From contig CAZRML010000014.1 in the NCBI GenBank assembly GCA_964601205.1, positions 8,504 to 72,503 of the forward strand: 64,000 bases of DNA. The letters are read 5' to 3'. Both the position numbers and the translations under genes were made by a program. Source of the DNA: an uncultured Actinomycetota bacterium (GTDB lineage Bacteria > Actinomycetota > Humimicrobiia > Humimicrobiales > Humimicrobiaceae). The notes below the pieces were generated by a model, which saw nothing but the letters and a program-made list of their open reading frames with translations, did no database searches and was not told the origin of the DNA. Shown here piece after piece: positions 8,791 through 18,887 of this stretch (the stretch's first letter is position 1; every line of letters begins with the position of its first letter).

Positions 8791-10662
8791 ATGGCAGAAG
8801 AATCAGAGATATTGAGAGATAAATGCGGTAGAGAAAATTATAATAAGTTGTTAGAGATAAAAAATAGTTATCTTATGGAATTTATTTCTAAATTTGTAAA
8901 TATCCTGAATCCTGAATCTGTGTTTGTATGCAGTGATTCAGAAAAAGATTTTGATTATATAAGAGAAAAAGCAATAAAAGATGGTGAAGAAATAAAACTC
9001 AAAATTCCCGGGCATACAGTTCATTTTGACGGTATAAATGATCAGGCAAGAGATAAAAAGGCAACAAAATTCCTGGTTCCTGAAGGTATAGAATTTGGAA
9101 AGGGGCTAAATACTGTTAATAAAACTGAAGGGCTTAAAGAAGTCACGGATATAATGTCTGGTATAATGAAGAATAGAGAACTCCTTATACTATTTTTTAC
9201 TCTTGGACCTGCAAATTCACCATTCACTATTCCATCAGTTCAACTTACCGACTCAAGTTATGTAGCACACTCAGAAATCATACTTTACAGACCGGGATAT
9301 AGGGAATTCAAAAGGATGGTAAATAATAATGATTTTTTTAAATTTGTGCACTCTGAAGGTGAACTTGAAAATAGTGTAAGCAAAAATGTTCCCGGGAGGA
9401 GAATATATATAGATACAGATAAAAACATTGTATACTCTATGAATACACAGTATGGAGGCAATACTATAGGCCTGAAGAAGCCAGCAATGCGCCTGGGAAT
9501 AAGTAAAGGAGCCAGGGAAGGATGGCTGACGGAACATATGTTTATTTCCGGTATTCACGGTCCGGGAAACAGAACAACTTACTTTGCCGGTGCTTTTCCC
9601 TCTATGTGCGGTAAAACCTCTACTGCAATGATAAGAGGAGAGACTATTGTAGGAGATGATATAGCGCATATAAGGAATCTAAATGGGGATGTGCGTGCTG
9701 TTAATGTTGAAATTGGAGTTTTTGGAATAATAAAAGATATTAATCCTGAGGACGACCCTATAATATGGGAAGCTCTGCATAGTGAAAATGAAACCATTTT
9801 CTCCAATGTTTTAATTGATAAAAAAGGGGAGGTTTACTGGATTGGTAAACCCGGGGAAAAACCCGAGAAAGGGATTAATTATTCCGGTGAATGGTACCGG
9901 GGTAAACTTGATGACAGTGGAAACGAGATTGAACTTTCTCATAAAAATTCAAGGTTTACTACTGGTTTAAAGAATCTGGAGAATATTGATTCAGAATATG
10001 ATAATCCGCAGGGTGTATTACTGGGAGGGATAATATATGGAGGAAGAGATTCTGATACCTGGGTTCCTGTTCAGGAGGCTTACGGATGGGAACATGGAAT
10101 TGTTACCATGGGGGCTTCTATAGAATCTGAAACAACAGCAGCTACTCTTGGTAGAACAGGGATAAGAACATTTAATCCTATGTCAAATATTGATTTTCTA
10201 TCCATACCAATAGGAAGGTATGTGGATATAAATATAAAGTTTGGCCAATCATTAAAAAACCCGCCAAAAATATTTGCAGTAAATTATTTTTTAAAAGATA
10301 AAGATGGCAATTACCTTAATTCAAAATTAGATAAAATGATATGGCTGAAATGGATGGAATTAAGGGTTAACGGGGATGTAGATGCAATAGATACAGGAGT
10401 TGGCTTAATACCTTTGTATGAAGATCTTAAGGCATTGTTTAAAGATTTTCTGGGAAGAGAATATCTCGGGGAAGATTATATTAAGCATTTTACTATAAGA
10501 GTTCAGGAGAATCTTTCCAAGATAGATAGAATTATAAAAATATACAATGAACTCGGTTCTGAAGTCCCGGATATATTATTTAAGATTCTCGGGGAGCAGA
10601 AAAAAAGATTTGAAGATTTAAAAAGAAAAAAGGGAGAATATATTTCACCGTTTTCTTTTTAA
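8791..10662 (+). CDS. pckG: Phosphoenolpyruvate carboxykinase (GTP)
   Basis: The 623-aa product has the kinase-1a loop GAFPSMCGKTS and the C-terminal NYFLKDKDGNYLNSKLDKMIWLKWM block typical of GTP-PEPCK. Confidence 0.9.
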   Translation: MAEESEILRDKCGRENYNKLLEIKNSYLMEFISKFVNILNPESVFVCSDSEKDFDYIREKAIKDGEEIKLKIPGHTVHFDGINDQARDKKATKFLVPEGIEFGKGLNTVNKTEGLKEVTDIMSGIMKNRELLILFFTLGPANSPFTIPSVQLTDSSYVAHSEIILYRPGYREFKRMVNNNDFFKFVHSEGELENSVSKNVPGRRIYIDTDKNIVYSMNTQYGGNTIGLKKPAMRLGISKGAREGWLTEHMFISGIHGPGNRTTYFAGAFPSMCGKTSTAMIRGETIVGDDIAHIRNLNGDVRAVNVEIGVFGIIKDINPEDDPIIWEALHSENETIFSNVLIDKKGEVYWIGKPGEKPEKGINYSGEWYRGKLDDSGNEIELSHKNSRFTTGLKNLENIDSEYDNPQGVLLGGIIYGGRDSDTWVPVQEAYGWEHGIVTMGASIESETTAATLGRTGIRTFNPMSNIDFLSIPIGRYVDINIKFGQSLKNPPKIFAVNYFLKDKDGNYLNSKLDKMIWLKWMELRVNGDVDAIDTGVGLIPLYEDLKALFKDFLGREYLGEDYIKHFTIRVQENLSKIDRIIKIYNELGSEVPDILFKILGEQKKRFEDLKRKKGEYISPFSF

Positions 10663-10770
10663 GAGTTTTCTTTAATAATAAATTACGGGTATTTTAAAGC
10701 AACTGAAATGGATAATCTGGCATATTGTAGTAAATACTGATGTTTGTATAAATTACGCCTGCATTCAAAT

Positions 10771-12075
10771 TTAATGATAGCTGTCAAATCTATACATGAC
10801 AAGTCCCGAACAGGGCTTCGGGTAGAAATAGGTAGATTTTTCCGGCATAATATATCCAGCAGCGCAGGTCCTTTCAAGTTCAAAAACCGAAGGTGGGTTT
10901 AAAAATATACCGATATCATATTTTCCGTAATCTATGCTGTCTATTACATTATTAATTGAATGGCTGTATCCGGTTTTTTTAATTTTATACCGGGCAGTAA
11001 CCTGTTCCATAAAAAATTTATGGAGTATATTTATATCCATTAAAAGATAATCCTTCTCTGAGTTATTCTTAAAGGAAATTTTACCTAAATTAATTTTTTT
11101 TAGAGTTAAAAAACAAAAATTTTTATCCCTGTCATACAGGATAAAACTTTTAAACCCTTTTTGTTTTGATTTTGATAGTTTTTCTTTAATTTGGTGGTTG
11201 GATTTTAGTGATTGTATTTCAAAATCAAAGCTGTTGATAATGATTTTAATTAATTCATTTAAACCCGGATATTTTTGAAATTTTAATAGTCTGTAATTTG
11301 GCAGTATTAAAAAGTCATTCTGGCTGCTATCAATATACAGGGTAAGAATGAAATCTTCAGGCATTAATTTATAATCTTTTTCCTGCTTAACCTGTTTTAT
11401 ATAGTTTTTTCTGTAATTAAGTGAGGTTTCGTATCTGTGGTGCCCGTCTGCTATTATCAGTTTTTTATTTTTCATCAGATCTGTAATTATATTTATATTC
11501 CGTTTATCTGAAATTTTCCACAATTTAAATCTTAAACTATTATCGTATGCTGCAGGTGTGTCTATTAAAGGATTTTTATTAGCATTTTCTTCCAGTATTA
11601 ATTTTATTTTTTGTTGTCTGTCATTATAAAGCGTATAAACAAGTCCGAAGTTCGTCCTGCATTCAGATAATAATTTTAACCTGTCTTTTTTTATAATGGA
11701 TGAGGTTTTCTCATGGGGGATAATTTTTAGATTGGAATATGGTTCTATTCTGGTCAGCCCGATGAAACCTGAAATTTTTTTTGTATCACCGCTGTGCACA
11801 AAGCTTTCTTCAAAGATATAAAAACATCTTTCGCTGTCAGTCTTGAGTATACCGTTATTTATCCAGCTGGTTAGAGTTTTACCTGATCTGATGTATTTTT
11901 CTTCGGTTTTACCTTCCGGAAGGGTAAGATTAATAATATTGAAGGGGTGATATTTGTAAAGTTCTTTTTTAAGATTCAGAGAAATTACATCATAGGGAGG
12001 AGATATAACTTTAGAAATATTTCTTACTTTATTTTTATTATAAAAAAGTCCTCTTAAAGGTAGAATATCAACCAT
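10771..12075 (-). CDS. DUF1015 family protein
   Basis: Signature ISPPYDVIS near the N-terminus and ADGHHRYETS are present. Confidence 0.8.
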   Translation of the reverse strand: MVDILPLRGLFYNKNKVRNISKVISPPYDVISLNLKKELYKYHPFNIINLTLPEGKTEEKYIRSGKTLTSWINNGILKTDSERCFYIFEESFVHSGDTKKISGFIGLTRIEPYSNLKIIPHEKTSSIIKKDRLKLLSECRTNFGLVYTLYNDRQQKIKLILEENANKNPLIDTPAAYDNSLRFKLWKISDKRNINIITDLMKNKKLIIADGHHRYETSLNYRKNYIKQVKQEKDYKLMPEDFILTLYIDSSQNDFLILPNYRLLKFQKYPGLNELIKIIINSFDFEIQSLKSNHQIKEKLSKSKQKGFKSFILYDRDKNFCFLTLKKINLGKISFKNNSEKDYLLMDINILHKFFMEQVTARYKIKKTGYSHSINNVIDSIDYGKYDIGIFLNPPSVFELERTCAAGYIMPEKSTYFYPKPCSGLVMYRFDSYH

Positions 12076-12244
12076 ATAATTAATCCTTTTAAAGAAGTAA
12101 GGGTATTAAGCTTTGTTAGAACCTTACTAAATTAATATAAAATTGATTTGAGATTATAGCAATATAAATTTTTATTTACAATAATATGTTAGACCTAAAA
12201 AAATCAATTTTATTTTGTATCTCCCTGTAATTGCATTCAGGCAC

Positions 12245-12273
12245 TTGACTAACTTATGGGAATAATTTAACAT
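12245..12273 (+). promoter_or_regulatory. Candidate sigma-A promoter TTGACT-17-TAACAT about 160 nt upstream of the fur-family gene
   Basis: Direct reading only. Hexamer matches arise easily in AT-rich DNA. Confidence 0.35.
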
Positions 12274-12431
12274 TTCAAACAGTTAAAAATATTAATAGTA
12301 TTGAAAAAAAACTAGATTCAGATGTGGTTACATGCTGTTTAATGTGAATAAATCTTTATAATCAGATATATCTTTAAACAGTTTTACAAAAGTTTGATAT
12401 TTATATTAGTTATAAGAACAAGGATAATAAA

Positions 12432-12902
12432 ATGGCAGAATCAGGGAAAAAAAGTATAGAGTATTATAATAATAAACTTAAGAATCTGGGATATAAGTTA
12501 ACAAAACCCAGGAAAGCTATAATTAGCGTATTAAAAGAAAACCCCCGTTTTTACAAAGCTGATGAAATATACCTTATGGTAAGGAAAAATTATCCGGAAA
12601 TCGGTATAGCTACTGTATACAGAACCCTTGAACTTTTATCAAGAATTAATTTAATTTGTAAAATCAGCCCTGGCAACGATAAGTCTTATTACATGCTGTC
12701 AAGAGATTGTAAAAAGGAAACATCTGTATATATGATATGTGAGAATTGTGGGAACATTATAGTAAACAACAAATGCCTCAGGGATGCTGTAAAAATAGAA
12801 ATGATAGATGATGCGCAGAAACGTATTTTTAAAAATTGCAGGATTAAGGTAGATAAATATCAGATATTCTTTTCCGGAACATGTAGCAAGTGCTCACGTT
12901 AA
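12432..12902 (+). CDS. Fur-family transcriptional regulator, atypical (no histidine residues)
   Basis: A winged-helix region (IATVYRTLELL) and two CxxC pairs (CENCG ... CSKCS) match the Fur structural Zn site. The usual HHxHxxC regulatory block is replaced by KKETSVYMIC. Confidence 0.8.
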   Translation: MAESGKKSIEYYNNKLKNLGYKLTKPRKAIISVLKENPRFYKADEIYLMVRKNYPEIGIATVYRTLELLSRINLICKISPGNDKSYYMLSRDCKKETSVYMICENCGNIIVNNKCLRDAVKIEMIDDAQKRIFKNCRIKVDKYQIFFSGTCSKCSR

Positions 12903-12934
12903 ATTAATCTAAATATGAATAAAAATATCATAGT

Positions 12935-13348
12935 ATGAAATATATAATATTATTTTTGGTATTTAGCTTTTTTGGAATTGGAGTAGAAGTATTTTTTTCC
13001 TCAATACATGATTATATCAGGTACAGGGATATAGCATTAAAAGGAAGGTCTTATTTATGGATGTTTCCCATTTATGGAATATGGGGACTGGCAATCGGGC
13101 CTTTATATAATATGATAAATTTCATGCCTTTTATATTAAGGGGATTTATCTATCTGGTGGTTATTTTTGCAGGAGAATTTGGCTACGGCTGTTTATTAAA
13201 AATTACAATAAAAAAGTGCCCGTGGGAATATAAAGGTAGATGGGCATTACTGGGTGTGGTTAATCTTTTGTATTTACCGTTCTGGTTAGTTTTTGGTTAT
13301 ATATCTGAGTTAATGTATAGAGGTATTATATCTATAATTATATATTAA
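12935..13348 (+). CDS. Small polytopic membrane protein (about 4 TM; possibly the CmpB-like 'ABC-transporter type IV' family)
   Basis: The hydrophobic profile and the LWMFPIYG motif suggest this. The gene starts 32 nt after the fur-family gene on the same strand. Confidence 0.6.
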   Translation: MKYIILFLVFSFFGIGVEVFFSSIHDYIRYRDIALKGRSYLWMFPIYGIWGLAIGPLYNMINFMPFILRGFIYLVVIFAGEFGYGCLLKITIKKCPWEYKGRWALLGVVNLLYLPFWLVFGYISELMYRGIISIIIY

Positions 13349-13482
13349 ATATAAGAGATTTTTTGCAGATTATTTTAAATATCAGCCAGAATATTAATTT
13401 TTTGTAAGTAAACCAGTATAGCCAGATAAATAAGGATTACATTAAAATAATTGTGGTATAAATTTATATAATATTTATCAGA

Positions 13483-14568
13483 TTAAGATATATTATTATT
13501 CTGTGATAGACTATTTTTAGAATTTAAATTTTTTCTTATCTTATAAAATGGCATAATAATTATAAGGACTGCTATTAATCCCCATATTATGGTGAATATA
13601 AGATTAACAATATGATAGTTAAAAGCTGCAATTATCGCGGGCTTCTCGGGAAACCCGAGTGCTACGATTGCAAATACAAAAGCAGCCTCGTATGTTCCGA
13701 GTCCGGCAATTGAATGGGTTGGCAGTACAGCAGATAATTCTGCTGCAATAGTTGCAATTAGTACAACCCATAATGAAAGTTCGGAGAAATCATAACCGAT
13801 AGGTTTTAAATATGCGTGTATAAGGAAGTAATAAGAAGTAAATTTTATTACTCTTGTAGCTACAGTAAGAAGAAATACTTTCCAGTAAACTCCTCTTTTC
13901 CTGATTATTATTATACTTTTATTGGTCTCTTTTATCTTATCATACAAATAAATGAAAACTTTACTGTTATTAAGGCGGGGGAACCTTCTTAATAGACATT
14001 CGGCAATTTTTATGAAGAAATTAACAAATTTTGAGAGGAAAAATAAAAGCAGGAGGCTGGCTATAAAAAATAATGAAGAAATAATAATAATACCTGCAGA
14101 AGATATAGAGTACCTGTTTATCCCAACGATAATGATAGAAATAGTAGCAATAAAGAAAACCAGTATTAGTTCAAATATGAGGCCAATCATTAAAGTTGAA
14201 ACCCCGATTTCTACAGGTATTTTAAATTTTCTTTTCAGTGTGTAAACATAAGAAAGTTCGCCTGTCCTTGCCGGGAGCACCATATTGAAGGCATTTCTTA
14301 TAAGAGATATAAGAAACATATCTGCATATCGAATATCCCCTGTTCCTATAAGGATTTTTTGCCTGTATGATTTAAAGAAGTCCATTGAGAACATTAAACC
14401 GAGACCAATGGCAAGAGACGGCACATAGGCTTCAATAAATGATTTTTTTAAATCGGAGAAGCTTACACGGTTAAGAAGAAAGTAAACAAGATATGCGCCC
14501 AGTCCAACTACTATAACTATATTTATTATCCTTAATGTTATCTGTCTTTTATTGGTTCGTTTTTCCAT
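13483..14568 (-). CDS. Flippase-like / lysylphosphatidylglycerol-synthase TM-region (UPF0104-like) membrane protein
   Basis: The 361-aa product has about 8 predicted TM segments. The family call rests on overall architecture only. Confidence 0.55.
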   Translation of the reverse strand: MEKRTNKRQITLRIINIVIVVGLGAYLVYFLLNRVSFSDLKKSFIEAYVPSLAIGLGLMFSMDFFKSYRQKILIGTGDIRYADMFLISLIRNAFNMVLPARTGELSYVYTLKRKFKIPVEIGVSTLMIGLIFELILVFFIATISIIIVGINRYSISSAGIIIISSLFFIASLLLLFFLSKFVNFFIKIAECLLRRFPRLNNSKVFIYLYDKIKETNKSIIIIRKRGVYWKVFLLTVATRVIKFTSYYFLIHAYLKPIGYDFSELSLWVVLIATIAAELSAVLPTHSIAGLGTYEAAFVFAIVALGFPEKPAIIAAFNYHIVNLIFTIIWGLIAVLIIIMPFYKIRKNLNSKNSLSQNNNIS

Positions 14569-14709
14569 AATTCTTTTTATATATTTACTGGAGGTTCCGG
14601 TTGAACTTCATGCTATTTAACAGCACAGCTGAGAATAAATTAAATTTCGGGCAAAACTATAAGAAATAATTAATTCTTATTAAAACATTAAAGAATATTT
14701 ATTATTTTT

Positions 14710-15945
14710 TTAATCTTCGGCACTTTCTTCAGCATCAGGTTCTTCCCCGGTTCCCTGAATATCTCCTACATCAATAAGTGCAATGGCTCCCAGAGTAGAT
14801 ACGTTATTAAAATCAAAAGTTTTTGATGATGAAATCACAAGCTCTGTAGATTCCAGATTATCAGTATCAAGTATGGATACGGTAAATCCCAGAACGTCTC
14901 CATCAGCCGGTTTGTAATTTGTAAAGTTGTACCAGGGAATGCTTGCTTCAAGTATATATCCATTTACCAGTCTGGTGGAATTTATTGTTGCGCCCCCCGG
15001 TGCTGCATTTGAAGGCCAGCTTATAAACGACTCGGCAAGGGTTCCGGAAAAACTACCCGGGGATAATCTGATCTCGTAATCATCACTGTTATAGAATTTA
15101 ATCTGCATATCCTCTTCAAGTTCGGTATCAAATACAATTGATATACTATCGCCTTTATTTATCTGGTTCCCGACATAATTCTGGCTGAATACATCATCAA
15201 TAACCTGAACAGCAAGAAAGAAATTGTCATCGTCCCAGCAGGAATAAAATGTGCCGGATATATCGTTGCTTGATGTGTAGTTTTCTTTTTTAATTGTTGG
15301 TACAAAATCGCTAAAACTCTCAAATTTATTCCATTCCTGGATGCTGGCATCTATGACCGGGGGAGTGTAACATTTATAAGAGAATAAGGGAACTCCTGTT
15401 GGGATGGTATTATTGGTTCTAAAAACAGAATTATTTAAAACCTGGTTTTTCTTTTCCTCTATGTCAACACTTATTGTTGTTTCTCCCTCGGGCTCAATTT
15501 CATACTGAACACTAAAATTTACCGTATTTGAGGATGCAATTGTATTTCTATTGTTATCTACAATATGTGCTACCATTTCATATTCACCGGAACTCCCAGG
15601 ATTCCAGTTATATTCATAAGGTGGTGAAGTAAAAGACTTTATTTCGGTGTTATTTACCATTATTTTTATTATGTAATCAGTGCTCTTTACTTCTGCTGCT
15701 TTTATTTCAATGGGAACAGTTTCATTCTCATTAACAAAATTGAATACATTATCGTTGGTTGGTGAAGCTATCAATAAACTATAATCTACCTCCTCTTCTG
15801 TTTGCTGTTCTCCGGAAAATAAATCAAAGGAAGTACAGCTTCTTAAAGAAAAAAATACAATCAGAGCAACTATCAATATGAAGGCAAAAAGTATATAAGG
15901 AATTCTGTCAAAAATGAACATATGTTTTTTATATCTCTTTTTCAT
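14710..15945 (-). CDS. Membrane-anchored protein with Ig-like domain and CBM9/DOMON-like carbohydrate-binding domain
   Basis: There is an N-terminal TM segment. An Ig-like block reads PPYEYNWNPGSSGEYEMVAHIVDNNRNTIASSNTVNFSV. A CBM9-like block reads DISGTFYSCWDDDNFFLAVQVIDDVF...GYILEASIPW...GFTVSILDTD. The start overlaps the stop of the upstream EF-G-like gene (ATGA). Confidence 0.7.
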   Translation of the reverse strand: MKKRYKKHMFIFDRIPYILFAFILIVALIVFFSLRSCTSFDLFSGEQQTEEEVDYSLLIASPTNDNVFNFVNENETVPIEIKAAEVKSTDYIIKIMVNNTEIKSFTSPPYEYNWNPGSSGEYEMVAHIVDNNRNTIASSNTVNFSVQYEIEPEGETTISVDIEEKKNQVLNNSVFRTNNTIPTGVPLFSYKCYTPPVIDASIQEWNKFESFSDFVPTIKKENYTSSNDISGTFYSCWDDDNFFLAVQVIDDVFSQNYVGNQINKGDSISIVFDTELEEDMQIKFYNSDDYEIRLSPGSFSGTLAESFISWPSNAAPGGATINSTRLVNGYILEASIPWYNFTNYKPADGDVLGFTVSILDTDNLESTELVISSSKTFDFNNVSTLGAIALIDVGDIQGTGEEPDAEESAED

Positions 15946-18023
15946 TCCTTTTCTTTATTCCTTTCATCTATTATCTTCTGAGCGATATTGGGAGGCAACT
16001 CTTCATAATGAGAAAACTTCTGGGTAAATCTTCCTCTTCCCTGAGTGAGCGAAGTAAGATCAATGGTATAATTAAAAGACTCGGATTGAGGAACAGTAGC
16101 TTTTATAAGCTGTTTTTTGTTTTCAGCAGGTGTCATTGAAATAATTTTTCCTCTTTTTGCATTAATATCTCCGATAATATCACCCATATATTTTTCTGGC
16201 ACCAGAATTTCCAGTTCCATAATGGGTTCAAGAATAACCGGCGAAGCTGCCTGCATGCCCTTTTTAAATGCCATGGAGGCGGCTATTTTAAAGGCCATTT
16301 CTGATGAGTCAACGGTATGGTAAGAGCCGTCATATAAATTTACATTGACGTCAACTACAGGATATTCTGCAAGAACTCCATTTTGAAGTGCTTCCCTTAT
16401 ACCTTTTTCTACTCCGGGTATATATCCTTTGGGAATTGCTCCGCCGAATATACTGTCTTTGAATTCAAAACCTCCACCACTGGGAAGTGGTTTTAATTCA
16501 ATGAAAACATGACCATACTGACCTCTGCCTCCGGATTGTTTTTTATATTTATATTCAGCTTTTGCTTCTTTTCTTATGGTTTCCTTGTAAGCGACATCGG
16601 GTGCATAGAGGTCAACATCAACATCAAATTTATCTTTCAATTTTTCCCTGGCTGTAGAAAGATGAAGTTCTCCCATACCCCAGATTATGTTTTGATGTGT
16701 TTCAAGATTTAGTTCCTGCTTTAATGTTGGGTCTTCCTGGAGTAACTTTGAAAGCCCGTTGCTTATTTTCTCTTCATCTTCTTTGCTCCTGGGTATTAAA
16801 GATTTTGGGAGTGTGGGGGAAAAATATTTAGTTTCAGGAAATTTCAGAGGATTGTCCTGTGTGGATATTGTATCATCATTTAAGATTTCTATAATTTTAG
16901 AAACAGCTACGATATCTCCACATGAAGCCTCGCTTATATCAGCCTGATTTTTACCCTGAAGTTTAAATAAATTGGTGAATTTATATGATTTTCCGGAGCT
17001 GGAAATGTAATAACTTTCATTTAATTTTATCGTACCCGAAAAGACTCTGAATATGGATAATTTGCCAATATAAGGGTCAGCCATAGTTTTAAATACATAT
17101 GCAAGAACGGGTCCATCGGGAGAAGGTTTTATATCAACCCCGGAATTACTTTTTAAATCTTTTACATTCAGAGGGTTGATATCAAGAGGTGATGGAAGTA
17201 ATTTATTTATATAATTCATAAGAATATCTACACCAATATTTTTGCTCGCGGAAACAGCAAATACAGGTACAACCTTTCCTGCGGTAACTGCTTTTTTTAG
17301 TACTTCATTAACCAGTGTGTCACTTACATTTTCACCTTCGAGATATTTATTTAACAGTTCATCATCGGTTTCAATTATTGATTCAATAAGTTCGTTATGA
17401 TGACTATCAATCTGTTCTTTAATCTTTTCGTCTGTGGCGATTTTTGTTCCAGAAGAATTTTTATCTTTATATTCGTAAGCCTGGTTTTGAAGTATATCTA
17501 CGATTTTGGAAAAATTTTCACCACTGTTTACGGGTACGGTAATGGGAACAAGGTTTAATTTATATTCTTTTTTTATGTCTTCAACTATTTTAGAATAATC
17601 AATATTTTCCAGGTCCATCTTATTAAGTACAAAAAACATAGGATGGGTGTTCCGGGAAAGAAGTTCTATTACGAGTTCAGTTGGGGCCTGTATACCTGTT
17701 TTTGCATCAATGACCAGCAGGGTGCTATCAGCTACTCTGAGTGCGGCCTGGGTCTGTCCTATAAAATCCATATAACCGGGGCAGTCTATAAGATTTATGT
17801 TAAAATCTTTCCAGTTGTAATAAAGCAAACTGGAATTTATGCTGAATCCTTTTTTAGTTTCAAGAGCATTGAAATCAGAAACAGTGTTTTTTGATTCTAT
17901 GGCACCCCGTCTATCGACTACTCCTGAATTGTACAGGATGCATTCTGAAAGTGAAGTTTTACCGGTACCGTTACCCGAAATAATGCCGACAACTTTATTA
18001 TGCGCACAACTTTTACTGTCCAT
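15942..18023 (-). CDS. Elongation factor G paralogue with degenerate GTPase centre
   Basis: All five EF-G domains are recognisable (NKMD, SASKNIG, KKQSGGRGQYGHV, GGAIPKGYIPGVEKG, DGSYHTVDSSEMAFKIA). G1 is GNGTGKTS, and G3 is DCPGY instead of DTPGH (Tyr84, codon 17772-17774). Confidence 0.85.
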   Translation of the reverse strand: MDSKSCAHNKVVGIISGNGTGKTSLSECILYNSGVVDRRGAIESKNTVSDFNALETKKGFSINSSLLYYNWKDFNINLIDCPGYMDFIGQTQAALRVADSTLLVIDAKTGIQAPTELVIELLSRNTHPMFFVLNKMDLENIDYSKIVEDIKKEYKLNLVPITVPVNSGENFSKIVDILQNQAYEYKDKNSSGTKIATDEKIKEQIDSHHNELIESIIETDDELLNKYLEGENVSDTLVNEVLKKAVTAGKVVPVFAVSASKNIGVDILMNYINKLLPSPLDINPLNVKDLKSNSGVDIKPSPDGPVLAYVFKTMADPYIGKLSIFRVFSGTIKLNESYYISSSGKSYKFTNLFKLQGKNQADISEASCGDIVAVSKIIEILNDDTISTQDNPLKFPETKYFSPTLPKSLIPRSKEDEEKISNGLSKLLQEDPTLKQELNLETHQNIIWGMGELHLSTAREKLKDKFDVDVDLYAPDVAYKETIRKEAKAEYKYKKQSGGRGQYGHVFIELKPLPSGGGFEFKDSIFGGAIPKGYIPGVEKGIREALQNGVLAEYPVVDVNVNLYDGSYHTVDSSEMAFKIAASMAFKKGMQAASPVILEPIMELEILVPEKYMGDIIGDINAKRGKIISMTPAENKKQLIKATVPQSESFNYTIDLTSLTQGRGRFTQKFSHYEELPPNIAQKIIDERNKEKE

Positions 18024-18283
18024 TAAGATCCTCCCGAAAAATATATAAATAATTGTATAATTAATGATATAAGTTAGGACAATAGAAGAAATATACCATA
18101 AAAAATTTTATGTGTAAAAATAATATTATCTGTGGGGCAAAGGCTAAATCAGCAACACAGCAGGTTATATTTTTGCGATTATTTATATGATATAATTTTA
18201 AGTTGTTTATTTTTGGTGGACAAAAATGTAGAATGTCTTATTTTAATATCAAATTAAACATTTAAATGTAAAAGGGGGTTATT

Positions 18284-18853
18284 ATGGCAGTTGGGGTTAT
18301 AGTTATTATAGCGGTTGTGGCCGGTATAATAATACTTTTGATTTTGATTTCAGTAGGTTTGTATAATTCTATAATATCTTTGAGGAATAAGGTTGATAAT
18401 TCATGGCACCAGATTGACGTTCAATTAAGAAAAAGATACGACCTGATACCCAATCTGGTGGAAACGGTCAGGGGCTATGCAGAGCATGAAAGAGAAACGC
18501 TGGAAAAGGTAATTAATGCAAGGAAGATGGGTATTGACGCTAAGACAGTTAAAGACCAGTCAGAGGCAGAGAATATTATAACAGGTACTTTAAAGTCTCT
18601 ATTTGCATTGTCTGAAAATTATCCGAACCTTAAGGCCGACCAGCATTTTTTAAGGTTAATGGAACAGTTGAATGGGATTGAAAGCAATATCGCTTATGCG
18701 AGACAATTTTATAATGATATGGTTATGAGGTTTAACACACGAATACAGACGTTTCCGGGAAATATTTTTGCCAGAATGTTTGGGTTTGGCCCAAGGGATT
18801 ATTTTGAAATAGAAGAGGCTGAGGCACGAGGACCGGTTAAAGTTAGTTTTTAA
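18284..18853 (+). CDS. lemA: LemA family membrane protein
   Basis: An N-terminal TM segment is followed by LRNKVDNSWHQIDVQLRKRYDLIPNLVETV. Confidence 0.9.
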   Translation: MAVGVIVIIAVVAGIIILLILISVGLYNSIISLRNKVDNSWHQIDVQLRKRYDLIPNLVETVRGYAEHERETLEKVINARKMGIDAKTVKDQSEAENIITGTLKSLFALSENYPNLKADQHFLRLMEQLNGIESNIAYARQFYNDMVMRFNTRIQTFPGNIFARMFGFGPRDYFEIEEAEARGPVKVSF

Positions 18854-18887
18854 TAAGTAATTTTTATAATGAGTCGTGGTTTAGAAG

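Noticed and set aside
10678-10757. A 10-bp direct repeat ATAAATTACG (10678-10687 and 10748-10757) in the convergent pckG/DUF1015 spacer.
   Set aside because: It is short and A+T-rich, and no associated structure or ORF is present. It is compatible with chance.
18129-18162. CUGUGGGGCAAAGGC...CACAG in the EF-G-like/lemA divergent spacer resembles the 5' part of a GEMM-I (c-di-GMP-I) aptamer.
   Set aside because: Only the GGGCAAA-like stretch matches. The second hairpin with ACGCAAAGC and the tetraloop/receptor pair is absent, and the element is too short.
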